From sequence record LR025195.1: 60,165 nucleotides of DNA. One strand, given 5' to 3'. Position 1 is the stretch's first letter. The number at the start of each line of letters is the position of its first letter. The notes under the pieces were generated by a model, which made no database searches, was not told the DNA's origin, and was given only the letters and a program-made list of their open reading frames with translations. The stretch comes from Escherichia phage vB_Eco_SLUR76. Shown here piece after piece: positions 47,880 through 57,360 of the stretch. The position numbers and the translations under genes were made by a program.

Positions 47880-49376
47880 CTATTCTTTATCGGAAGCGTC
47901 GTCTTCCTTAGGATCTTTGCTTACTTGCTGCTCTGCGTTTAAATCAGCTTTAGCATCATCGGGCAGAGGCCACTTCTTAAGCTCTTCTTCAAGAATTGCC
48001 ATTTCTTCTTCAAAGCTTAGTGTGGTTAAGCCCTGATCAACAAGCCAGCCATGAATAGACTGCAAGCTAATCGGAGCCTTAAGGTTGCGTGCAGTAATAA
48101 TTTGAACAAAGTCCTGACCGTTAAACATGCTCTTGGTAAATTCAAGATTAGGCTTGACCACAACTTTCTCGGGATCAGCACCCATCCACTTAGCGCAAAC
48201 CTTCAGCAAGTTCTCCAAACCAGCCGCACCAGTATACGCAATTCGAATCAAACTAGCTGTACGCGCAGCAATACGCGTTTTCATAGCTTCGCCTGATTCC
48301 TGCGTACTCTTGGTATTGTTTACCATTTGCCCGGCTTTAATTTGGGCTTCCTGCTTATCCGCTGCCAGTGCGAGACGTTGCTCGGACAAACCGTCACCGC
48401 TAACACCTACATATTTAGCGTCACCTCCCTGAGAAACGTTAATGACTGCACCAGGACCAATACGCTGAGGGGCTTTATCTCCATTTTCCATGGAACCACC
48501 AACAACAACTAAAGTATCCTGACCCTGCATATGCAAGCATTGGCGGTAATCCGCGTCACTTCGGTACATGCTTAGACAAATGTTAGCAAGACCCAACAAT
48601 GGCGGCGCTTCCGGTGCTGGGGTAATATCTGTTGTATTGACAAACTGGAAAGGAATTTCATCCAGCGTATTACCTTTATAATAAGGAGCAATCATTTGCC
48701 CTTCATCATAATTGGTATTGTTAATAAACAGATGTTGGGAGTAGACCGCCCCACCTGCAACTTCATCTGTGTCCATTGGACCTAATTGTAGAACGCGATA
48801 ACGCTTCTCTTCTTTCCAGTCAAACTGATTGACACGTACAGGGCCGCTTTCATCCAGAACAACCATGTTCAAGTTGATATTACCCAATTCATCTTTACCA
48901 TCATCCCAGTTGATAATGGATAAAGCATCATAAACACTAATATAAGGTCTGTTATTTACATCCTCACCTTTAGGCAAGTCCAGCAGCAGCCCCAAACGCC
49001 CATTTTTTAACTGCATTTCATTGATGCGACGTAGCAGAGCAATAATGTCTTCACCGTCCGCAGTACACAGCTCCCGCATGTATTCCATTTCAGGTGGGAG
49101 CTGGATTGTAGGGGGCTTCTGGTGCAGCAGACCTAAATTGTTTGTAACCGCACTTGAATAATCGTCAGGGAAGTTGGCACGCAGACGATAAGCGAGCCAA
49201 CGTTGAAAGCCCAAATCATTAGGATTATTCATCCCATCAATAATCATGGAAGCTAAAGGTGGTAGATATTTAACACCTTCTTCCTTAATTTTATCTTCAC
49301 CCTCATAGCAGTCGTTGCACTTAACCCATGCGTCCTTCCACTTGTCATATAGCGGGTGAGTTGCATCAATACCCAT
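47880..49376 (-). CDS. Portal protein
   Basis: 498 aa, immediately downstream of the terminase large subunit; acidic C-terminus; RBS ggaggg. Confidence 0.75.
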   Translation of the reverse strand: MGIDATHPLYDKWKDAWVKCNDCYEGEDKIKEEGVKYLPPLASMIIDGMNNPNDLGFQRWLAYRLRANFPDDYSSAVTNNLGLLHQKPPTIQLPPEMEYMRELCTADGEDIIALLRRINEMQLKNGRLGLLLDLPKGEDVNNRPYISVYDALSIINWDDGKDELGNINLNMVVLDESGPVRVNQFDWKEEKRYRVLQLGPMDTDEVAGGAVYSQHLFINNTNYDEGQMIAPYYKGNTLDEIPFQFVNTTDITPAPEAPPLLGLANICLSMYRSDADYRQCLHMQGQDTLVVVGGSMENGDKAPQRIGPGAVINVSQGGDAKYVGVSGDGLSEQRLALAADKQEAQIKAGQMVNNTKSTQESGEAMKTRIAARTASLIRIAYTGAAGLENLLKVCAKWMGADPEKVVVKPNLEFTKSMFNGQDFVQIITARNLKAPISLQSIHGWLVDQGLTTLSFEEEMAILEEELKKWPLPDDAKADLNAEQQVSKDPKEDDASDKE

Positions 49377-49387
49377 ATACCCTCCAG

Positions 49388-50947
49388 TTAAATACCGATA
49401 GTTTTGCCAACACCTGTATAAACAGCTTGATCCAGAACCATATAACGAACTTCATCACCCATATGGTCTTCACATTCCGTATCAACGTCGTCCTGATCCA
49501 CTTCATCGCGAGGCAGACTTGGAACCAGCTCAAAGAAATAGTTGCAGTTATCAAAAATGTACATTGCTGGATTCTCGCGCGGACCGGGCAAAGGTTTACC
49601 GTTCGCATCTTCCCGCAGTGCAGCTTTAAGGAACTCACGCATTTTCTGCCAGCCCCGTTTACGTGACCCAGCAGACTTATCACTGCGCTTCCAATGTATA
49701 CCGTCGTATAACTTCCCGTTAAGACGAATTTTCTTCGCCATTGTTGCAGCGGTGGAGTTATTGTTCTCCAGATCCCAAATGGAGTTATCCGCAGGACCAG
49801 GAACTACACGATCGTGTATACCCCAGGCCAATTCCCGCTCCAGTATACCGCTTGCAATTTCTGAGTCCAGCAAATGTAGACCTTCGTTTGTTTTACCGTT
49901 GGTCCCATACCATTCGTTAATCCTAAACAGGTCACCGCGGACCGTGGAGAATGTAGTGCCATCTTCACGCACAACATCCGAACCATCACTAATAGCCCAC
50001 CAACCGACAGAGAACGGTTTTGAAGAACCCCAGTCGAAAGAACGTGTAATCTTCCAACTCGCTGGAATCGGGAATGGTCGTACTTTGTGAACAGTGCTAC
50101 GCCACAGATCATCGAACATACCACCGGATGTAATATCCCAGCTCCCGCCCAACCATGCAGCACGCTTGTTCGGGTCTGTGATAGACATAAGTTCTGCAAT
50201 ATATTTTGGACTTAGGTTTTTGTTTTCACGGTACGAACCAAAGATATGGCATTGCGTCGTAACCACATCTTCGTCTTTCTGCGTCCTCGGGTTAAACACT
50301 CGCGTAGTCTTCCTGAGTATTTTACCCATCGGTGCAGCGTCAATGAAGCGTTTCTTAACCCAGTTATGCCCGGCGCCAAACGGGTTACTGGTGGCAAACA
50401 CTTCCAGAGGAATGTCTGGTAAATATGTGACCGTACCATCTGGATTGATAATTGGGTTATCTTCTGGTAAGAAAGATGAACGGTTACAGGACATCATAGC
50501 TTCAAACAAACGCCCGTCCGGATATTTTGTTAATTCGTTCCATCCGATAAATGGGTATTCGTGACCGTGATAAGACCAGTAATCCTTTTCTTTACAAGCA
50601 ACGCGGAACAGTAGCTCTTCACCTGTAGGCCAAACCCATTTATAATCAGACTTAGAGCTAAGGAATTTAGCCCCGTCTTTAAATTCAGGAAACCAACGCT
50701 GGGATTTAGTTACAAGGTCATCAAGGTTTTTATATTCACGGTCGAATATAATACCCTTCCAAAATTTACCGTACCCTACACCAACATTCTTACGGAAACG
50801 CATAAGCTGGCAGTCCGTTTTTCCAGGACCGCGAGTTCCGTGGTATAGGATAATATCAGCGGGGCAGGATAGAGCGAGTGTCTGTGAACCTGGATGTGGT
50901 TTCCAGACGACTCGCGGCATGTTATCAGGTTGTCGGTTTAGCTCCAT
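49388..50947 (-). CDS. Terminase large subunit
   Basis: Walker A HGTRGPGKT; 519 aa; position before the portal gene. Confidence 0.85.
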   Translation of the reverse strand: MELNRQPDNMPRVVWKPHPGSQTLALSCPADIILYHGTRGPGKTDCQLMRFRKNVGVGYGKFWKGIIFDREYKNLDDLVTKSQRWFPEFKDGAKFLSSKSDYKWVWPTGEELLFRVACKEKDYWSYHGHEYPFIGWNELTKYPDGRLFEAMMSCNRSSFLPEDNPIINPDGTVTYLPDIPLEVFATSNPFGAGHNWVKKRFIDAAPMGKILRKTTRVFNPRTQKDEDVVTTQCHIFGSYRENKNLSPKYIAELMSITDPNKRAAWLGGSWDITSGGMFDDLWRSTVHKVRPFPIPASWKITRSFDWGSSKPFSVGWWAISDGSDVVREDGTTFSTVRGDLFRINEWYGTNGKTNEGLHLLDSEIASGILERELAWGIHDRVVPGPADNSIWDLENNNSTAATMAKKIRLNGKLYDGIHWKRSDKSAGSRKRGWQKMREFLKAALREDANGKPLPGPRENPAMYIFDNCNYFFELVPSLPRDEVDQDDVDTECEDHMGDEVRYMVLDQAVYTGVGKTIGI

Positions 50948-51482
50948 CTTCAGTCTCTTTAACTAGTCGTTGTTGAGACTCGGATGCAGTTTTTTCCCAT
51001 TCGTCAATATTTGCTACAGCAGGGACTATCATTACGCCGCCTCTGTTAGTAACATCAATCTTAGCCTTCTTGGGAGCATCCAAATCATAAATTTGTGCAA
51101 GCTTGCCCAATGCGGCGACTCTAGCAGCTTGAGAAGATCCCGGTCCTGTATAATGAGCTTCACGTTTTAATGCTTCAATGATATGCTGACGCTCAAGGTC
51201 TGCTTCAATGTTAGCTTGCTCAGAAGTACGTTGAACACGGGATCTTTCAATCTCCTTGAGCTTCCATCGAACATAACAGTCCGTGGCAAAGCGTTGGCCA
51301 AGCTCCTGTGCAAACATAGCATTGAACCCGCATCTCATGCAAGCGTTAGTCCAATTGTAGTCGAACATGTACTCAGCAACAACTTTGTCACGTATTGCCA
51401 TCTCTTCAGCGGACAAGCTATTTGCATACTGGATGTAATTCGTCCAGTCACGATCATATTGCTCTTGACTTGCCCCGTTCAT
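50925..51482 (-). CDS. Terminase small subunit (candidate)
   Basis: 185-aa ORF whose 3' end overlaps the terminase large subunit start. Confidence 0.5.
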   Translation of the reverse strand: MNGASQEQYDRDWTNYIQYANSLSAEEMAIRDKVVAEYMFDYNWTNACMRCGFNAMFAQELGQRFATDCYVRWKLKEIERSRVQRTSEQANIEADLERQHIIEALKREAHYTGPGSSQAARVAALGKLAQIYDLDAPKKAKIDVTNRGGVMIVPAVANIDEWEKTASESQQRLVKETEDGAKPTT

Positions 51483-51503
51483 GGAAGCCCCCCTTTCTTA
51501 TTG

Positions 51504-51809
51504 CTATTTAGGCTGAATATAATTGCTTGATCCTACAAAATCAAGCGAAACATTTTCAGCTTCATAGCGTATGATTTCCTTAACCCTCAGTTTACATTCA
51601 GTCAGAGCTGTTTCTGTATCCTGCAAACGTTGGATAATATCCCTCGTATAAACCAAAGGATATTTATCAACTTCCCGACATTCTACCAATAGATGAGCTG
51701 GAAGTTTTATCTTCACTATCTGCGGCGGTGGTGGAGGTTGTATCTCCGTCGAGCAGCCTGCGCAAATCATCAGGAACACGCTCATTAAGATAAGCTTTGA
51801 CGTCGGCAT
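51504..51809 (-). CDS. o-spanin (Rz1-like outer-membrane lipoprotein)
   Basis: Signal peptide plus Cys (MICAGCS), proline run PPPPP; overlaps the i-spanin 3' end in another frame. Confidence 0.65.
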   Translation of the reverse strand: MPTSKLILMSVFLMICAGCSTEIQPPPPPQIVKIKLPAHLLVECREVDKYPLVYTRDIIQRLQDTETALTECKLRVKEIIRYEAENVSLDFVGSSNYIQPK

Positions 51810-52143
51810 TGCTTTTCTCCAGTGCTTTTAATTTGTCCTGAAGCAACCTGTGGTTATGTTGCTCACTTTCAATTGCTGAAGCCAATTTTCGATAAGATTC
51901 AGTATCCTTCTCCCGTTGGGAAGCAAGAAATACAACAGCCTCGCCCAGCTTTGCATTGTCCTGTTCCACAACGGTTAGTCTTTGCTCAGCATGATTTAGA
52001 TTAGTTTTGCTAAGCTCGTTCTGTGACCACAAGTATGCAGCCACCCCGCATAAAAACACAACCGCGCCGATCATCAAATACTCGATAAACAGACGCGGTT
52101 TAGTTTTTATAAAACTGAAGAAGTTATTTAGAATCGTTTTCAT
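51667..52143 (-). CDS. i-spanin (Rz-like)
   Basis: N-terminal TM anchor followed by a coiled-coil periplasmic domain. Confidence 0.65.
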   Translation of the reverse strand: MKTILNNFFSFIKTKPRLFIEYLMIGAVVFLCGVAAYLWSQNELSKTNLNHAEQRLTVVEQDNAKLGEAVVFLASQREKDTESYRKLASAIESEQHNHRLLQDKLKALEKSNADVKAYLNERVPDDLRRLLDGDTTSTTAADSEDKTSSSSIGRMSGS

Positions 52144-52468
52144 GTTTGCAGTCCCCTGAATCGAGTTTGATCCCTGTCCGTGAAGCTATAAGCGACGTTA
52201 GGGCTTTTAGCGTAGCACGTGAACCTGCCCAAGCAAATAGGCCAGCAAGGCCAAAAGCGAACCAAAGGCTGATGTTAAACTCCCTGTAGATCGCATACAT
52301 TATAACGCCAAAGAAAGCGGCGGATAAGCCTTCAAGAAATGCAATGCTTGCCCGTACTTTCTTACCAGCGTCTATTGTACGCATGACATAACCGAGAGCT
52401 CCCCCAATGAGGGAGATAAACGCAAACCCCGCTAGAACTGCCCAATGTTCGTTGGGTGAATTGAACAT
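52124..52468 (-). CDS. Holin (candidate, 3 TM)
   Basis: Three hydrophobic helices with a charged C-terminus; RBS ggaggg; position in the lysis cassette. Confidence 0.55.
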   Translation of the reverse strand: MFNSPNEHWAVLAGFAFISLIGGALGYVMRTIDAGKKVRASIAFLEGLSAAFFGVIMYAIYREFNISLWFAFGLAGLFAWAGSRATLKALTSLIASRTGIKLDSGDCKHENDSK

Positions 52469-52504
52469 GTTCCCTCCAAATAAAAGGGGCTAACGCCCCG
52501 TCAG

Positions 52505-52942
52505 TTAAAGTACCATTGCAATAGCGCGGTTAATTACGTCATCGGTATAGGGCATCATGCCATTTTCATGACGAATGATTGCTTTCACCAATCCTGACAT
52601 AATTGCCTTGTCGAAGACATTAATTGGATCGTTAGGTTGAACACCAATTGCTTTGGCAACAGAGCGAATATACGATTCCGTATCGTTTTCGTTAGGCGGT
52701 GCCCAGCGAGCGATGATTTCACGTACAGTGTCGATGTTTTTCTTACCCACATTGGGTAAGCCTTCACGTTTGGTGTAGTTTGTCAGGATTTTCGCTAGTG
52801 CGCGAATGCCGTAAATCGGTTGCGTGAATTGCGCAAAAGATTTATCGGTTCGCTTATCAACAGGAACCAAGCCCTGCCAATTATCACCCCAGCGAATATT
52901 GCCTGGATTGTTATTACGAATACCACGAGGTTGAAGTGCCAT
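52505..52942 (-). CDS. Putative endolysin (unassigned family)
   Basis: Soluble 145-aa protein with RBS ggaggagg, directly upstream of the holin and spanins; motif NNPGNIRWGD; family not identified. Confidence 0.4.
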   Translation of the reverse strand: MALQPRGIRNNNPGNIRWGDNWQGLVPVDKRTDKSFAQFTQPIYGIRALAKILTNYTKREGLPNVGKKNIDTVREIIARWAPPNENDTESYIRSVAKAIGVQPNDPINVFDKAIMSGLVKAIIRHENGMMPYTDDVINRAIAMVL

Positions 52943-53027
52943 AGATAAAGCCTCCTCCGCTTGATTTAGGCTTGATAATATTAACAGGCTTTGATCAAGA
53001 GGAGCAAGCTGAATTGGATATGACGAA

Positions 53028-53297
53028 TTATCTATTAAGGAATGCCAGAACGCAGGACTTAACGAATAATGAGCCCCCTTCGCCAAGATACTTTTCTGAA
53101 TATACTGAGTAATCGTTAACCCCATCCCAAAAGATAACAAGGCCATTAGTTTGCAGACTATCAATAATCGCAATAGCTACCTCCTCACAATTAGTGAAGA
53201 AAATATCATCGTTCACTTGGACATAGTTATGAAAATCTTTTATCCTCCAGTTTAATTGTGAAGGTAAAACATCAAAAACTCTTACGTTCAGTTCCAT
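53028..53297 (-). CDS. Hypothetical protein
   Basis: ORF between the HNH gene and the lysis cassette; weak RBS. Confidence 0.35.
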   Translation of the reverse strand: MELNVRVFDVLPSQLNWRIKDFHNYVQVNDDIFFTNCEEVAIAIIDSLQTNGLVIFWDGVNDYSVYSEKYLGEGGSLFVKSCVLAFLNR

Positions 53298-53763
53298 GGT
53301 TCTCGTGGTATTCATATACAATCTCAGCATTTTTACGAGCATTGACGGCATCTTCAAAATTAATAAAAGAGCCAAGTCTTACTTGACCGACCTGTGTATT
53401 AATATAAGCTATCCATCTTTTATTCCTTTTGTGATAGCAAACACCAGTAATACCAGACTTATTAAGCTTAGATCTGGTTACGTTCCTATTATTCAATGTA
53501 CTTGTAACTAATCTAAGATTCTCTATCCTATCATCTCCAGGAACGTGATTAATATGATCTATTTGCATATCTTTGGGAATAGGACCATTATGCATTTCCC
53601 ATACTATACGATGCCTTAGATAGAAACTACAACCGCATCGTATTTTGACGTAACCCCTCTTTGTAGCATGACCAGCAAGTGCTCCTGGTATAACTCTACC
53701 ACCTCTAGAAGTTTTCCAGAACAGCTTTCCATCCAAATAAGTGAATATGGAAGACCATTCCAT
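53272..53763 (-). CDS. HNH homing endonuclease with AP2-like DNA-binding domain
   Basis: HNH motif DHINHVPGDDRIENL; C-terminal ITGVCYHKRNKRWIAYI...EDAVNARKNAE resembles an AP2 domain. Confidence 0.75.
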   Translation of the reverse strand: MEWSSIFTYLDGKLFWKTSRGGRVIPGALAGHATKRGYVKIRCGCSFYLRHRIVWEMHNGPIPKDMQIDHINHVPGDDRIENLRLVTSTLNNRNVTRSKLNKSGITGVCYHKRNKRWIAYINTQVGQVRLGSFINFEDAVNARKNAEIVYEYHENHGTERKSF

Positions 53764-53764
53764 T

Positions 53765-54229
53765 TTAAAAAGCCTCAAATGATATTGTATCAACTCCCAG
53801 GAATGCGCATGTGGTGTGTTTAATTGCCAGCTCAATAGCTTCGCTTGCGCTTGCACCAGCGGCTAATGCACCAGCAGCAAACACACAACCGCTACCCTCA
53901 GATCCCCATCCATCCAGCATGGGCTCGCTCAAAGTACCATCATTATAAATAAAATGGCAAGTACCTTCCGGAGTGACAGCAAGACCGCAAGTTTGCCCGT
54001 AATCATCATCTTTACTGTAAAGTTTAATATCAGGGAACTTAACAGGTTCCGCGCTATTAAAATAACGCAACACCTGATCGGTAAATGCTGTCAAACCGCA
54101 CAAGCCCAGTAAAAACCGTCCACGATGTCCATTCACGCTATGAACTTTCTTATAAGCAGTCACAGCTTCCCCGCGCATAACGCCACGGTCCGCAGCTAAT
54201 ACTTTTCCATCAAACGCAATTGTGGTCAT
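53765..54229 (-). CDS. Ntn-hydrolase peptidase, HslV / proteasome beta-subunit-like
   Basis: N-terminus MTTIAFDGKVLAADRG matches the HslV TTI N-terminal nucleophile; GSEGSG glycine loop; RBS aggaaag. Confidence 0.5.
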   Translation of the reverse strand: MTTIAFDGKVLAADRGVMRGEAVTAYKKVHSVNGHRGRFLLGLCGLTAFTDQVLRYFNSAEPVKFPDIKLYSKDDDYGQTCGLAVTPEGTCHFIYNDGTLSEPMLDGWGSEGSGCVFAAGALAAGASASEAIELAIKHTTCAFLGVDTISFEAF

Positions 54230-54411
54230 TTAACTTTCCTTTGGTCTTGGATAATAACAATGCATAAAACAAATAGAATAAGACAGATGCAAAGCCCTGT
54301 ACTTGCAAAGATTCGGATAACCGTGGAAGGTTGTTCGACTACTGTATAGGTATAAAGCCCAGCGAACATCAACGTCGCAAATAAAAACAATCCGGCGTAT
54401 AGTTTGGTCAT
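54226..54411 (-). CDS. Small membrane protein
   Basis: Two TM helices; RBS agagggg. Confidence 0.5.
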   Translation of the reverse strand: MTKLYAGLFLFATLMFAGLYTYTVVEQPSTVIRIFASTGLCICLILFVLCIVIIQDQRKVK

Positions 54412-54473
54412 TGTGTACCCCTCTTATTCGATGGGTACACAATACAATGAAGGGTTATGTGATAGCAAGAAAA

Positions 54474-54896
54474 TTAATAAGGCAGGATTTCAACGTCTTT
54501 GACCCAAGTATGAATGATAAAAGCTCCAGGCTCTTCAGGATCTTGATCCGGACCAACATAGAACTTTTTACCTTCCCATCCTTTAATTGGATCATGCACA
54601 ATAAACTTGTGATCCGTCATATCAATCACAATCTGGTGCAATGCGCCAGGAATATTAAGACTTGGCACCGTGCACAGGAACAAACCTCCCATATGCAAAG
54701 TTTCACGCCCACCACCTTCTGAACAATGATGCCGGACGCCGTTTTTAGTCAAATATTCGCTGATAGTGATTTCCCAGTTGTTATAATAACGACTATGAAA
54801 TTCCTCAATGACCTTCTCAACAGGTTTATTAAGGATCATTGCCAAACACGCAGAAACGCATGTATTCAACGTTGGCTGTTTAACGTGTTTTATCAT
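54474..54896 (-). CDS. Papain-like cysteine peptidase, C39-like
   Basis: QPTLNTCVSACLAMIL resembles the C39 motif Q-x-x-x-x-DCGxACLxM, with downstream His; RBS ggagaa. Confidence 0.45.
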   Translation of the reverse strand: MIKHVKQPTLNTCVSACLAMILNKPVEKVIEEFHSRYYNNWEITISEYLTKNGVRHHCSEGGGRETLHMGGLFLCTVPSLNIPGALHQIVIDMTDHKFIVHDPIKGWEGKKFYVGPDQDPEEPGAFIIHTWVKDVEILPY

Positions 54897-55099
54897 ACAA
54901 GAGGTTCTCCGGTATAGTTACACCAGCAGCGTCGAGCGCGAGCCCAAGCACCCAATAAACCTTTAGGCGTGCTCTTACCCATCGCGTATTTAACGCTAAT
55001 TTCGTCAAATACCTGGGCAGTTCGACGCATAGCATGGTCTTCCGGTAAACCGTCCCGATCCGCACGCTCTATCATTTGTTTAGCTAATGGAGTTTCCAT
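54893..55099 (-). CDS. Hypothetical protein
   Basis: Coupled small ORF. Confidence 0.45.
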   Translation of the reverse strand: METPLAKQMIERADRDGLPEDHAMRRTAQVFDEISVKYAMGKSTPKGLLGAWARARRCWCNYTGEPLV

Positions 55100-55100
55100 C

Positions 55101-55571
55101 TTATGCCTCGTATATGACTTCCGGCTCGTTATTATAAGGACGCAGCAGCAAACGCGCTACCAGCGCCGTACGCTCGCTTAACCCTTGCGGATGTACAAAC
55201 CCAACGAACTGGTAATGACAGCCGCGCAGGTGGTGCAAGCTCTTAGCACAATGACACGCTTCCAAACGCAGTGTCTCACCCGACTGCCATTTAACCACAA
55301 TAGTAGAGCTCGCAGTCATATTGATTTCTACATCACCGATATCAATCTGAAGATATAATAAATCCTCAAGAATATTGCGGACGTAAACGAGGATCTGTGA
55401 TGTGGGCATAACAATAAGCCCGTTCCAGTCTTTCCCGCGCCCCAGTCCACAATAACGCGCAAAATTACAGACTAACTGAGTCTCTGTAACCTGTTTTACT
55501 TCAAACGACTTCTTCAGTTGGCAGTCTTTGGACTCGTCCATTGCATCAACAATAGTTTTAACGTCAGCCAT
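55101..55571 (-). CDS. Hypothetical protein (Cys/His-containing)
   Basis: RBS ggagtaa; CHCAKSLHHLRGCH cluster. Confidence 0.5.
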   Translation of the reverse strand: MADVKTIVDAMDESKDCQLKKSFEVKQVTETQLVCNFARYCGLGRGKDWNGLIVMPTSQILVYVRNILEDLLYLQIDIGDVEINMTASSTIVVKWQSGETLRLEACHCAKSLHHLRGCHYQFVGFVHPQGLSERTALVARLLLRPYNNEPEVIYEA

Positions 55572-55574
55572 TAT

Positions 55575-55967
55575 TTACTCCGCTAAAGTGTAAGGAATAC
55601 CGGATGCTTTAATCCGTCTGTACATATCCATAGTACCAGCTCCGCCAGGAAACACAATAGCGTGATCTGGTTTAGGATCAGTATCCAGCATTAATTGGTT
55701 GCGGTAAGCGCCTGCTTGTGCATTATAAGCACCTTTGGCATTATACCGTATCTTGGTATTTGGTAAGGAAAGATTGTCCCACGGGGCAGGGAATGCTTCT
55801 GTCTTAATACCGTTGCGCTCCGCCCAATGTGCGCAAATCCGGTCAACACCGTCAGCGTCACCGTGGCGAAGTGTGGTTATCCTTCTTTGCATATGCAGCT
55901 TATCCAATTGAGCGTAAATATACTCCACATGCTTAAAATCTCGACCTCCGGTGACGACTAATAGCAT
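55575..55967 (-). CDS. SLOG / DprA-like Rossmann-fold protein (DUF2493-like)
   Basis: LVVTGGRDF...HGDADGVD...VFPGGAGT pattern; RBS ggagaag. Confidence 0.4.
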   Translation of the reverse strand: MLLVVTGGRDFKHVEYIYAQLDKLHMQRRITTLRHGDADGVDRICAHWAERNGIKTEAFPAPWDNLSLPNTKIRYNAKGAYNAQAGAYRNQLMLDTDPKPDHAIVFPGGAGTMDMYRRIKASGIPYTLAE

Positions 55968-56034
55968 TATTTCTTCTCCAATGGTTTCAACATTTCGTCA
56001 ATAAAGCCTTTCCAATATTTGATATTTTCTTCAA

Positions 56035-56304
56035 TCACCATGCTACCTCAGTACGATCGTTATCACGTTGGTCCATGGAAGGATAATATAGCACCGTAAA
56101 ACCAGAATCGGCTAACCATTTAGCGATCTTCATAGTGGTTGGGTCTTGAGTGTCAGGATTGCCAACAGCGCCGTATTTGGTCACCAGTGATACTTTATTG
56201 TATCCCTTTGTAGCAGCTACGCGAATGCTGTCACTGATAAATTCAATATCTTCGCTAATATCCAGCTTATCGCTTAATTCACGAGCTTCTTGAGCAGTAA
56301 TCAT
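56035..56304 (-). CDS. Hypothetical protein
   Basis: RBS aaggaga. Confidence 0.5.
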   Translation of the reverse strand: MITAQEARELSDKLDISEDIEFISDSIRVAATKGYNKVSLVTKYGAVGNPDTQDPTTMKIAKWLADSGFTVLYYPSMDQRDNDRTEVAW

Positions 56305-56504
56305 TTCACAATCTCCTTAAAACGGTTATACAAATCACGATAGAACAAAGGACCATATTTATTACGACGCAGGAAGTCCTTTGCTACAGCTCGAAGTTCC
56401 TTCACCTCTTGTGCTAAAGACATAACCTCCTCATTGCTTGCACAGTCATATTCTGCAAGCTTAGCAACGCGCTCATCGGATAGTCTATCCATTATTATCT
56501 CCAC
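56301..56504 (-). CDS. Hypothetical protein
   Basis: Coupled ORF. Confidence 0.5.
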   Translation of the reverse strand: MEIIMDRLSDERVAKLAEYDCASNEEVMSLAQEVKELRAVAKDFLRRNKYGPLFYRDLYNRFKEIVK

Positions 56505-56719
56505 CTGTTACGGTCATTGCATTTATATTCATACTCAGTAATAACCTGAGGATACATTGACATAACATTACCTTTTGCATCGTAAATATATTGCCAAATG
56601 ATATCCTCACGGCTGTTACCAGTGCGTTGGCAGTTTTGCCGCTCCATTTCTTTAGAGTCTACAATTGCAAATACAACGAAAGCGGCAACTATAACGCCTA
56701 GTATCATGAATATTTTCAT
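56495..56719 (-). CDS. Small membrane protein
   Basis: N-terminal TM helix. Confidence 0.5.
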   Translation of the reverse strand: MKIFMILGVIVAAFVVFAIVDSKEMERQNCQRTGNSREDIIWQYIYDAKGNVMSMYPQVITEYEYKCNDRNRWR

Positions 56720-57018
56720 GGGTTAAGCCTATATTCTTTGATTTCCCTTAGCGTATCGCGCCAGTCCAAACCTTCAAGGTCAACTTCACCGCAGTAGCGC
56801 ACATGCAAACCGTATACGCCAAGCATCCATTGCTTACCAGATTCATAGCAAGAAGGTTTGGCGTCATAACAATGAACTTTACCGTCTGCATCTACAGCGA
56901 TAAAGTTAGCCCAGGGCTCAACAGGGACAGCAGACCCGTAATAGTCTGTAAATACTCGCGTCTCCTTGTTAACAGAAGGGATCGCGTGTCCAGTTTCGTC
57001 CATTCCTAAATACAGCAT
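56716..57018 (-). CDS. Hypothetical protein
   Basis: Coupled ORF. Confidence 0.5.
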   Translation of the reverse strand: MLYLGMDETGHAIPSVNKETRVFTDYYGSAVPVEPWANFIAVDADGKVHCYDAKPSCYESGKQWMLGVYGLHVRYCGEVDLEGLDWRDTLREIKEYRLNP

Positions 57019-57069
57019 AACAACCTCCAGATAATTAAGGGCTCCGTAGAGCCCATTATAGATTGATAA

Positions 57070-57360
57070 TTATACTTCTTCCAGGAAATTGGGACTTACC
57101 AGACCTGTATACGCAACTTCGTAAGTATCGTCTTCGCCATCAAGGTCCACATAACCATCTTTACCGAAGGTGACAATAACTGCATGTGGCCATCTGCCGT
57201 CATGAACACTGTATAAATCGGTAACGACCTTGTTAACTGTCACGATAGCACCTTGCGGAAGGACGTTAAAACAAGCCGCATTATCCGGAGTATACCCAAC
57301 ACCACCAATATCGGTCAGTAAACGATACTCTTTGCCTTCAACAATCTCTTCTACACGCAT
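57070..57360 (-). CDS. Hypothetical protein
   Basis: ORF in the early minus-strand operon. Confidence 0.5.
   Translation of the reverse strand: MRVEEIVEGKEYRLLTDIGGVGYTPDNAACFNVLPQGAIVTVNKVVTDLYSVHDGRWPHAVIVTFGKDGYVDLDGEDDTYEVAYTGLVSPNFLEEV

Noticed and set aside
49542-50090. 182-aa + strand ORF
   Set aside because: Antisense to the terminase large subunit gene, which has a clear Walker A and the expected position.
53765-54229. HslV-like protein as the prohead maturation protease
   Set aside because: It is encoded in the early operon far from the head genes and lacks a scaffold-like partner, so it is left as a candidate only.
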